Of a stretch of DNA of 64,000 nucleotides, positions 35,901 to 47,600 are shown in pieces. The stretch's first letter is position 1. Every line of letters starts with the position of its first letter. Location: assembly GCA_004431415.1 (NCBI GenBank), contig QPMI01000064.1:124001-188000 (forward strand), in the 5' to 3' direction. The stretch comes from Cyanophora paradoxa CCMP329. Lineage: Eukaryota; Plantae; Glaucophyta. The notes under the pieces were generated by a model. It was not told the origin of the DNA. It saw only the letters and a list, made by a program, of their open reading frames with translations, and searched no databases. A program made the position numbers and the translations under genes.

Positions 35901-38900
35901 GATGATAAAGGGGGGCGCGAAGGGGGCGGCAGAGGCTTCGCCCGATGTTTGGGACCCGCAGGGGCCCAGGGCTTGTCCGTTGATCGATGGTGAACGACCG
36001 GAATTATTTTTTGCCGCGATGATAAAGGGGGGCGCGAAGGGGGCGGCAGAGGCTTCGCCCGATGTTTGGGACCCGCAGGGGCGAGAATCTCGCCCCTCCC
36101 CTCAACGCTCTCCCCTCAATTTCCTCAGGGCCTCGAGCTCAACTACAGCTTGCTGATTGGCAGCACCACTCCTCCCCTCAAATCTCGAGCTCAACTACAG
36201 CTAGCTGATTGGCAGCACCACCCTCCCCTCATTATATTCTCTCTCAGCTGCAGCAATTCCCCTAATTACATAATTATATTCTTCAGGACAGCTCCTCTCA
36301 GGAAAACTCGATCCTCCCATAATTATATTCCCTCTCAGCAGCCCTCCCCTCCCCTCTCCCTGCCCCACCGACCCAGCAACAGCCACGACGGGCCGCGATG
36401 ATAAAGGGGGGCGCGAGGTGGGCCGCTGAGGCTTCGCCCGATGTTTGGGACCCGCAGGGGCCCAGGGCTTGTCCGTATGTCAATGGTGAACGACCGGAAT
36501 TATTTTTTTTCCACCGCTCTGCGATTGGTCCGAGCGTCGAGGTTGACAACCTCCACAATGAAGGCGAACGGTCTCCGACGTTACATAGCTGAACACAGAC
36601 ATTACACTTATTTTTGGAGTCGTGGCTCCCCTCAAATTCCGTCCGCACTCCTGAGTCCCCGCCCGAAAATCGAATTTCCCTCCAGGATCAATTCCGCTAT
36701 TTATACCCCGGGGCTCGATCGCGAAACTCCAAAAAGTGGGACCCGGTCCCGCGACGAAAGCGCGCCAGAGACGCCCCAGAGCGGTCACAATCACACCCAA
36801 GAGCGCCGCATTGTGCCAAGCTCGATTTCGGCCGCCGCCGACGCTTCAGTCCAAATAGTCGGCCGAAATTTTGATCCTGCCGGTTCCGGCCGGTCCCCCG
36901 ACGCGCGCATTCGATGCGTACTGGCGCGCATAGACATAGCAAGGCCTGCGCACTCCAGATATCCGCTTTTCGGAGCCGGAAGAGCGCAGGAAGGTGCCCG
37001 ACAGCAAAAATTCGATCCTGCACAGCCCCGGACATCTTTCCGCGCGCCCAGGCCGCGGCGCATGCACGGAACAAAAGTATAAGCATTTGAGATGTAGAAG
37101 AAGCCTTTCGCACGGTCTCTAAATGCGCCGGGCCGCGAGGACCCAGCCGACCCCGAAAATTCGATCCTGGACGGACCTGCACATCTTTCCGCGCGCCATC
37201 GCGTCCTCACCCATGCCCATCGCTACAGTATTCATTTGAGATCTAAACGAACCCTTCCGCAAGCTCTGTGGCCTTGACAGAGCACGAGAACCCAGCCGAC
37301 GCCAAAATTTCGATCCTGGACAGGCCTGCACATATTTTCGCGCGCCCTCGCCTCAGCAGCCCTGGACATCGATCCTGTATGCATTCGAGACTCTATTTAA
37401 GCGCTTTATAAGCTCTGCGCATGCGCCTGGCCGCGAGAAACCTCGCCCATCCCCTCAACAATCTCCTCTCAATTTCCTCAGAACCTCAGGGCCTCGAGCT
37501 CAACTACAGCTAGCTTATTGGCAGCAGCACTCCTCCCCTCATTATATTCTCTCCAACTCCGCCCATAATTATATTCCCTCTCACGAGCCCTCCCCTCCCC
37601 TCTCCTTGCCCCACCGACCCAGCAACAGCCACGACGGGCCGCGATGATTAAGGGGGGCGCGAGGTGGGCCGCTGAGGCTTCGCCCGATGTTTGGGACCCG
37701 CAGGGGCCCAGGGCTTGTCCGTAATCCGAAAACGAACGTGCCCTTTTCCTTTTTTTCCACCGCTCTCCGATTGGTCCGAGCGTCCAGAGGCGCAACCTCC
37801 GCAATGAAGGCGACCGGTCTCCGACGTCAGTTAGGCGAACTTTCGAGCGGCCAACCTCCACTGATTTATTTCTGGACTCGAACCTCCCCTAAAGTTCGTC
37901 TAAGACGACCGCTCTCCCGTGGACGTCGCGCGAAAATCGAATTTCCCTCACGGATCAATTCCGGTACTTATACCCCGGCTCGATCGCGAAACCCCAAAAA
38001 GTGGGACCCGGTCCCGCCCGGTCCCGCGACGAAAGCGCGCCAGGGACGCTCCAGAGCGGTCAGGATGACAGCCAAGACTGCGCGCACCGCGGCAAGCTCG
38101 ATTTCGGCCGCCCTCGATGCTCCAGTCCGAAGAGTCGGCCGAAATTTTGATCCTGCCGGTTCCGGCCGGTCCCACGGCGCGCGCAATCGATGCGTACTGG
38201 CGCGCATAGACTCTGAGACATAGCACGGCCTGCGCACTCCAGATATCCGCTTTTCGGAGCCGGACCAGTGCAGGAAGGTACCCGACAGCAGAAATTCGAT
38301 CCTGCACAGCCCCGGGCAACTTTCCGCGCGCCGACGCCGCGGCGCATGCGCGGAACGATAGTATAAGCATTTGAGATGTAGAAGATAACTTTCGCACGGT
38401 CTCTAAATGCGCCGGGCCGCGAGGACCCAGCCGACCCCGAATATTCGATCCTGGACAGACCTGCACATCTTTCCGCGCGCCCTCGCATCCCCACGCATGC
38501 CCATCGCTACAGTAATCATTTGAGATCTACACGAAGCCTTCCGCAAGCTCTGTGGCCGCGACAGAGCACGAGAACCCAGCCGACGCCAAATTTGCGATCC
38601 TGGACAGGCCTGCACATATTTCCGCGCGCCCTCGCCTCCGCAGCCCTGGACATCGATCCTGTATGCATCCGAGATTCTGTTTAAGCGATTCGCAAGCTCT
38701 GCGCATGCGCCTGGCCGCGAGAACCTCGCCCCTCCCCTTACCAATCTCCTCTCAATTTCCTCAGGGCCTCGAGCTCAACTACAGCTGCAGCTAGCTGATT
38801 GGCGGCACCACTCCTCCCCTCCTAATATTATCTCTCAGCTGCACCAATTCTCCTAATTACAAGATTAATTCTCTCAGGACAGCTCCTCTAGATCTCAGGA

Positions 38901-41900
38901 CAACTCCGCCCATAATTATATTCCCTCTCAGCAGCCCTCCCCTCCCCTCTCCCTGCCCCACCGACCCAGTAACAGCCACGACGGGCCGCGATGAATAAGG
39001 GGGGCGCGAGGGGGGCCGCTGAGGCTTCGCCCGATGTTTGGGACCCGCAGGGGCCCAGGGCTTATCGGGCGAAGCCTCTTCGGGCGAAGCCTCTTCCGTG
39101 GGTCGATGGTGAACGTGCGGAATTATTTTTTCGGGCGAAGCCTCTTCCGTGGGTCGATGGTGAACGTGCGGAATTATTTTTTTTCCACTCGAGTCCGATT
39201 GGTCCGAGCGTCGAAGTTGACAACCTCCGCAATGAAGGCGAACGGTCTCCGACGTTACATAGCTGAACACGGAGTCACGGACATTACACTTATTTTTGGA
39301 GTCGTGGCTCCCCTCAAATTCCGTCCGCACTCCTGGGTCCCCGCCCGAAAATCGAATTTCCCTCCAGGATCAATTCCGGTATTTATACCCCGGGGCTCGA
39401 TCGCGAAACCCCAAAAAGTGGGACCCGGTCCCGCGACGAAAGCGCGCCAGAGACGCCCCAGAGCGGTCACAATCACACCCAAGAGCGCGTGCATCGCGGC
39501 GAGCTCGATTTCAGCCGCCCTTGACGGTCCAGTCCAGAGAGTCGGCCGAAATTTTGATCCACCCGGTTCCGGCCGGTCCCGCGACGCGCGCAATCGATGC
39601 GTTCTCGCGCGCATAGACATAGCAAGGCCTGCGCACTCCAGAAATCCGCTTTTCGGATCCAGGACAGCGCAGGAAGGTGCCCGATGGCAAACAATCGATC
39701 CTGCACAGCCCCGGGCAACTTTCCGCGCGCTCAGGCCACGGCGCATGCGCGGAGCAATAGTATAAGCATTTGAGATGTAGAAGAAGCCTTTCGCACGGTC
39801 TCTAATTGCGCCGGGCCGCGAGGACCCAGCCGTCCCGAAAATTCGATTCTGGACGGACCTGCACATCTTTCCGCGCGCCGTCGTGTCCCACGCATGCCCA
39901 TCGCTACAGTATTCATTTGAGATCTAAACGAAGCCTTTCGCAAGCTCTGTGGCCGCGAAAGAGCACGAGAACCCAGCCGACGCCAAATATTCGATCCTGG
40001 ACAGCCTGCACATATTTCCGCGCGCCCTCGCCTCCGCAGCTCTGGCATCGATCCTGTATGCATCCGAGATTCTGTTCACGCGATTCATAAGCTCTACGCA
40101 TGCGCCTGCCCGCCGGAACCTCGCCCGTCCCTCAACACTCTCCCTTAATTTCCTCAGGGCCTCGAGCTCAACTACAGCTAGCTGATTGGCAGCACCACTC
40201 CTCCCCTCATTATATTCTCCCTCAGCTGAACCAATTCCCCTAATTACAAAATTATATTCTCTCAGGAAATCTCCTCTCATGCAGGACAACTCCTCCCATA
40301 ATTATATTCCGTCGCAACAGCCCTCCCTCCCCTCTCCCTCCCTGCCAGGCCAGCTGATTGGCAGCACCACTCCTCCCCTCATTATATTATTCTCAAGCCC
40401 TATAATATTCCCTCTCAGCAGCCCTCCCCTCCCCTCTCCCTGCCCCGCCGACCCAGCAACAGCCGCGACGGGCCGCGATGAACAAGGGGGGCGCGAGGTG
40501 GGCCGCTGAGGCTTCGCCCGATGTTTGGGACCTCGGGCGAAGCCTCTTCCGTGGGTCGATGGTGAACGTGCGGAATTATTTTTTTTCCACTCGAGTCCGA
40601 TTGGTCCGAGCGTCGAAGTTGACAACCTCCGCAATGAAGGCGAACGGTCTCCGACGTTACATAGCTGAACACGGAGTCACGGACATTACACTTATTTTTG
40701 GAGTCGTGGCTCCCCTCAAATTCCGTCCGCACTCCTGGGTCCCCGCCCGAAAATCGAATTTCCCTCCAGGATCAATTCCGGTATTTATACCCCGGGGCTC
40801 GATCGCGAAACCCCAAAAAGTGGGACCCGGTCCCGCGACGAAAGCGCGCCAGAGACGCCCCAGAGCGGTCACAATCACACCCAAGAGCGCGTGCATCGCG
40901 GCGAGCTCGATTTCAGCCGCCCTTGACGGTCCAGTCCAGAGAGTCGGCCGAAATTTTGATCCACCCGGTTCCGGCCGGTCCCGCGACGCGCGCAATCGAT
41001 GCGTTCTCGCGCGCATAGACATAGCAAGGCCTGCGCACTCCAGAAATCCGCTTTTCGGATCCAGGACAGCGCAGGAAGGTGCCCGATGGCAAACAATCGA
41101 TCCTGCACAGCCCGGGCAACTTTCCGCGCGCTCAGGCCACGGCGCATGCGCGGAGCAATAGTATAAGCATTTGAGATGTAGAAGAAGCCTTTCGCACGGT
41201 CTCTAATTGCGCCGGGCCGCGAGGACCCAGCCGTCCCGAAAATTCGATTCTGGACGGACCTGCACATCTTTCCGCGCGCCGTCGTGTCCCCACGCATGCC
41301 CATCGCTACAGTATTCATTTGAGATCTAAACGAAGCCTTTCGCAAGCTCTGTGGCCGCGAAAGAGCACGAGAACCCAGCCGACGCCAAATATTCGATCCT
41401 GGACAGGCCTGCACATATTTCCGCGCGCCCTCGCCTCCGCAGCTCTGGGCATCGATCCTGTATGCATCCGAGATTCTGTTCACGCGATTCATAAGCTCTA
41501 CGCATGCGCCTGCCCGCCGGAACCTCGCCCGTCCCCTCAACACTCTCCCCTTAATTTCCTCAGGGCCTCGAGCTCAACTACAGCTAGCTGATTGGCAGCA
41601 CCACTCCTCCCCTCATTATATTCTCCCTCAGCTGAACCAATTCCCCTAATTACAAAATTATATTCTCTCAGGAAATCTCCTCTCATGCAGGACAACTCCT
41701 CCCATAATTATATTCCGTCGCAACAGCCCTCCCCTCCCTCTCCCTCCCCTGCCAGGCCAGCTGATTGGCAGCACCACTCCTCCCCTCATTATATTATTCT
41801 CAAGCCCTATAATATTCCCTCTCAGCAGCCCTCCCCTCCCCTCTCCCTGCCCCGCCGACCCAGCAACAGCCGCGACGGGCCGCGATGAACAAGGGGGGCG

Positions 41901-44900
41901 CGAGGTGGGCCGCTGAGGCTTCGCCCGATGTTTGGGACCCGCAGGGGCCCAGGGCTTGTCGGGCGAATCGGGCGAAGCCTCTTCCGTGAGTCGATGGTCG
42001 GGCGAAGCCTCTTCCGTGGGTCGATGGTGAACGTGCGGAATTATTTTTTTCCACTCGAGTCCGATTGGTCCGAGCGTCGAAGTTGACAACCTCCGCAATG
42101 AAGGCGAACGGTCTCCGACGTTACATAGCTGAACACGGACATTACACTTATTTTTGGAGTCGTGGCTCCCCTCAAATTCCGTCCGCACTCCTGGGTCCCC
42201 GCCCGAAAATCGAATTTCCCTCCAGGATCAATTCCGGTATTTATACCCCGGGGCTCGATCGCGAAACCCCAAAAAGTGGGACCCGGTCCCGCGACGAAAG
42301 CGCGCCAGAGACGCCCCAGAGCGGTCACAATCACACCCAAGAGCGCGTGCATCGCGGCGAGCTCGATTTCAGCCGCCCTTGACGGTCCAGTCCAGAGAGT
42401 CGGCCGAAATTTTGATCCACCCGGTTCCGGCCGGTCCCGCGACGCGCGCAATCGATGCGTTCTCGCGCGCATAGACATAGCAAGGCCTGCGCACTCCAGA
42501 AATCCGCTTTTCGGATCCAGGACAGCGCAGGAAGGTGCCCGATGGCAAACAATCGATCCTGCACAGCCCGGGCAACTTTCCGCGCGCTCAGGCCACGGCG
42601 CATGCGCGGAGCAATAGTATAAGCATTTGAGATGTAGAAGAAGCCTTTCGCACGGTCTCTAATTGCGCCGGGCCGCGAGGACCCAGCCGTCCCCGAAAAT
42701 TCGATTCTGGACGGACCTGCACATCTTTCCGCGCGCCGTCGTGTCCCCACGCATGCCCATCGCTACAGTATTCATTTGAGATCTAAACGAAGCCTTTCGC
42801 AAGCTCTGTGGCCGCGAAAGAGCACGAGAACCCAGCCGACGCCAAATATTCGATCCTGGACAGGCCTGCACATATTTCCGCGCGCCCTCGCCTCCGCAGC
42901 TCTGGGCATCGATCCTGTATGCATCCGAGATTCTGTTCACGCGATTCATAAGCTCTACGCATGCGCCTGCCCGCCGGAACCTCGCCCGTCCCCTCAACAC
43001 TCTCCCCTTAATTTCCTCAGGGCCTCGAGCTCAACTACAGCTAGCTGATTGGCAGCACCACTCCTCCCCTCATTATATTCTCCCTCAGCTGAACCAATTC
43101 CCCTAATTACAAAATTATATTCTCTCAGGAAATCTCCTCTCATGCAGGACAACTCCTCCCATAATTATATTCCGTCGCAACAGCCCTCCCCTCCCCTCTC
43201 CCTCCCCTGCCAGGCCAGCTGATTGGCAGCACCACTCCTCCCCTCATTATATTATTCTCAAGCCCTATAATATTCCCTCTCAGCAGCCCTCCCCTCCCCT
43301 CTCCCTGCCCCGCCGACCCAGCAACAGCCGCGACGGGCCGCGATGAACAAGGGGGGCGCGAGGTGGGCCGCTGAGGCTTCGCCCGATGTTTGGGACCCGC
43401 AGGGGCCCAGGGCTTGTCGGGCGAATCGGGCGAAGCCTCTTCCGTGAGTCGATGGTCGGGCGAAGCCTCTTCCGTGGGTCGATGGTGAACGTGCGGAATT
43501 ATTTTTTTTCCACTCGAGTCCGATTGGTCCGAGCGTCGAAGTTGACAACCTCCGCAATGAAGGCGAACGGTCTCCGACGTTACATAGCTGAACACGGACA
43601 TTACACTTATTTTTGGAGTCGTGGCTCCCCTCAAATTCCGTCCGCACTCCTGGGTCCCCGCCCGAAAATCGAATTTCCCTCCAGGATCAATTCCAGTATT
43701 TATACCCCGGGGCTCGATCGCGAAACCCCAAAAAGTGGGACCCGGTCCCGCGACGAAAGCGCGCCAGAGACGCCCAGAGCGGTCACAATCACACCCAAGA
43801 GCGCGTGCATCGCGGCGAGCTCGATTTCAGCCGCCCTTGACGGTCCAGTCCAGAGAGTCGGCCGAAATTTTGATCCACCCGGTTCCGGCCGTCCCGCGAC
43901 GCGCGCAATCGATGCGTTCTCGCGCGCATAGACATAGCAAGGCCTGCGCACTCCAGAAATCCGCTTTTCGGATCCAGGACAGCGCAGGAAGGTGCCCGAT
44001 GGCAAACAATCGATCCTGCACAGCCCCGGGCAACTTTCCGCGCGCTCAGGCCACGGCGCATGCGCGGAGCAATAGTATAAGCATTTGAGATGTAGAAGAA
44101 GCCTTTCGCACGGTCTCTAATTGCGCCGGGCCGCGAGGACCCAGCCGTCCCCGAAAATTCGATTCTGGACGGACCTGCACATCTTTCCGCGCGCCGTCGT
44201 GTCCCCACGCATGCCCATCGCTACAGTATTCATTTGAGATCTAAACGAAGCCTTTCGCAAGCTCTGTGGCCGCGAAAGAGCACGAGAACCCAGCCGACGC
44301 CAAATATTCGATCCTGGACAGGCCTGCACATATTTCCGCGCGCCCTCGCCTCCGCAGCTCTGGGCATCGATCCTGTATGCATCCGAGATTCTGTTCACGC
44401 GATTCATAAGCTCTACGCATGCGCCTGCCCGCCGGAACCTCGCCCGTCCCCTCAACACTCTCCCCTTAATTTCCTCAGGGCCTCGAGCTCAACTACAGCT
44501 AGCTGATTGGCAGCACCACTCCTCCCCTCATTATATTCTCCCTCAGCTGAACCAATTCCCCTAATTACAAAATTATATTCTCTCAGGAAATCTCCTCTCA
44601 TGCAGGACAACTCCTCCCATAATTATATTCCGTCGCAACAGCCCTCCCCTCCCCTCTCCCTCCCCTGCCAGGCCAGCTGATTGGCAGCACCACTCCTCCC
44701 CTCATTATATTATTCTCAAGCCCTATAATATTCCCTCTCAGCAGCCCTCCCCTCCCCTCTCCCTGCCCCGCCGACCCAGCAACAGCCGCGACGGGCCGCG
44801 ATGAACAAGGGGGGCGCGAGGTGGGCCGCTGAGGCTTCGCCCGATGTTTGGGACCCGCAGGGGCCCAGGGCTTGTCCGTATGTCAATGGTGAACGACCGG

Positions 44901-46187
44901 AATTATTTTTTTTCCACCGCTCTGCGATTGGTCCGAGCGTCGAGGTTGACAACCTCCGCAATGAAGGCGAACGGTCTCCGACGTCACTTGGCTCGACACG
45001 GACGTTACACTTATTTTTGGACTCGTAGCTCCCCTCGAATTCAGTCTGGACTCCTGGGTCCCCGCGCGAAAATCAAAATTTCCCTCACAGATCAATTCCG
45101 GTATTTATACCCCGGTTCGATCGCGAAACTCCAAAAAGTGGGACCCGGTCCCGCCCGGTCCCGCGACGAAAGCGCGTCAGGCACAGCCCACAGCGGTCAG
45201 AATGACAGCCAAGAGCGCGCGCATCGCGGCAAGCTCGATTTCGGCCGCCCTCGACGCTCCAGTCCAGAGAGTCGGCCGAAATTTTGATCCTGCCGGTTCC
45301 GTCCGGTCCCACGACGCGCGCAATCGATGCGTGCTCACGCGCATAGACATAGCGCGGCCTGCGCACTCCAGATATCCGCTTTTCGGAGCCGGAAGAGCGC
45401 AGGAAGGTGCCCGACAGCAAAAATTCGATCCTGCACAACCCCAGGCAACTTTCCGCGCGCCCAGGCCGCGGCGCATGCGCGGATCAATAGATTAAGCATT
45501 TGACATGTAGAAGAAGACTTCCGCACGGTCTCTAAATGCGCCGGGCCGCGAGGACCCAGCCGACCCCGAAAATTCGATCCTGGACGCACCTGCACATCCT
45601 TCCGCACGCACTCGCATCCTCACCCACGCCCATCACACAGTATTCATTTCAGATATAAGCGAAGCCTTCCGCAACCTCTCTGGCCGCGACAGAGCACGAG
45701 AACCCAGCCGACGCCAAATTTTCGATCCTGGACAGACCTGCACATATTTCCGCGCGCCCTCGCCTCTGCAGCCCTAGACATCGATCCTGTATGCATCCGA
45801 GATTCTGTTTAAGCGATTCGCAAGCTCTACGCATGCGCCTGGCCGCGAGAACCTGGCCTCTCCCCTCAGCACTCTCCCCTCAATTTCCTCATGATCAGAG
45901 CCTCGAGCTCAACTACAGCTAGCTGATTAGCAGCACCACTCCTCCCCTCATTATATTCTCTCTCATCTGCAGGAATTCCCTTTATCACATAATTATATTC
46001 TCTAAGGACAGCGCCTCTCAGGACAACTCCTCCCATAATTATATTCTCACTCATCAGCCCTCCCCTCCCCTCTCCCTGCCCCACCGACCCAAAGACAGCC
46101 ACGACGGGCCGCGATGATAAAGGGGGACGCGAGGAGGGCCGCTGAGGCTTCGCCCGATGTTTGGGACCCGCAGGGGCCCAGGGCTTG
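26935..46187 (+). mobile_element. Head-to-tail/nested array of ~13 non-autonomous family-B Helitron units (1.25-1.46 kb each)
   Basis: Hairpin+CTTG 3' ends at 28221, 29539, 30987, 32251, 33671, 35975, 36471, 37717, 39064 (CTTA), 41958, 43416, 44874 and 46187. 5' 15-mers occur at 29540, 29555, 32252, 34056, 34071, 34263, 39065, 39080, 39131, 41968, 41998 and elsewhere. All units are in the same orientation. Confidence 0.88.
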
Positions 46188-46397
46188 TCGGAAATCCAGA
46201 TCGGCGACCGAAATTCCTGTAACTTCCAGGTTACGTCCGCCCCACGTGTTTGCCCCGTACTCGTCCTGAATCAATTCACGCACTCACCTCGACGATGACA
46301 TCACGCAACTTTCCATCGACTCTGTCTCATGGATCTAATCTCGAACTTGTACGCTGCAATCTCCAGAGCTGTCATGAATCAATTTCGGTCCTGAAAT

Positions 46398-47090
46398 TCC
46401 CTAAGACGACCGCTCTCCCGTGGGCGTCGAGCGAAAATCGAATTTCTCTCGCAGATCGATTCCGATATTTATACCCCGGCTCGATCGCGAAATCCCAAAA
46501 AGTGGGACCCGGTCCCGCCCGGTCCCGCGACGAAAGCGCACCAGAAACGCCCCAGAGCGGTACAGAATGAGAGCCGAGGGCGTGCGCACCGCCGCAAGCT
46601 CGATTTCGGGCGCCGTCGAGACTCCAGTGCGAAGAGTCGGCCGACACTTTGACCCAGCCGGTCCCGGCCGGTCCCGCGACGCGCGCAATCGATGTGTTCT
46701 CGCGCGCATAGACATAGCACGACTTGCGCACTCCAGATATCTGGTTTTCGGGGCCGGAACAGCGCAGGAAGGCTCCCGGCGGCAAAAATTCGATCCTGCA
46801 CGGGCCTGGACATCTTTCCGCGCGCCGACGCTGCGGTGCATGCGCTGAACAATAGTATAAGCATTTGAGATGTAGAAAAACCCTTCCGCGCGCTTTGCAG
46901 ATGCTCTGGGCCGCGAGGACCCAGCCGACCCCGAGAATTCGATCCTTGACGAACCTGCCCATCTTTCCGCGCGCCCTCACATCCTCACGCATGCCCATCC
47001 GTACAGTATTCATTTGAGAGCTTTTCCAAGCTTTGCGCAAGCTCTCTGGGGGCGAAAGAGCACAAGAACCCAGCCGACACCAAATTTGGA
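46398..47090 (+). mobile_element. Diverged relic of the same element body, without recognisable termini
   Basis: Collinear with the unit body (cctaagacgaccgctctcccgtgg ... gcatttgagatgtag ... acccagccgac) but more substituted and truncated at ~47090. Confidence 0.75.
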
Positions 47091-47264
47091 GATCTAGGGG
47101 GGAAATATATATATATATATATATCCCCCTAGATTTCACCTCGAGCTCAAGCTCCACCAACCAATATATATATATTAATATCTCTATCCTCGAGCTCGAG
47201 CTCGACCTCCATCGACCCCGGCCGGTACCAATATATCGCTGCGGTGAATAAGGTGCACGTGCAC

Positions 47265-47600
47265 GTGGCGGCGGGCCCGGGGGCGCTGGCTCGCCAGGCG
47301 GAGCGCAGCCTCGGAGCGCAGCGGCCGGGCCTGGCGGCGTGACTTGGTGGACGGGGCGGAGGCGCCAGGGGCGGCGGCGTGGCTCGCCGGGCAGAGCGGA
47401 GGCGCGCGGGCAGCCGCCGGGCGCCGCAGCGCCGTGGCTCGCCGGGTGGGGTGCAGCCTCGGAGCGCGGCGGCCTGGCGGCGTGGCTCAGCGGCTTGGTG
47501 GACAGAGCGGAGGCCCCACGGGCGGCGGCGAGGCTCTCAGGGCGAGGCTGAGGCATGCAGCGTGGCAGCTCGCGGGGGGGCTCACTGGCGCCGCGGCGGC
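47265..47600 (+). repeat. Degenerate GC-rich minisatellite resembling the reverse complement of the 58790-59660 repeat
   Basis: Recurrent ggcggcgtggctcgccgggc...gcggaggc motif. Confidence 0.5.

Noticed and set aside
9464-47090. Dozens of 60-400 aa ORFs in the repeat units
   Set aside because: They occur in all frames, are broken differently in each copy and show no domain motifs. They are by-products of GC-rich repeats.
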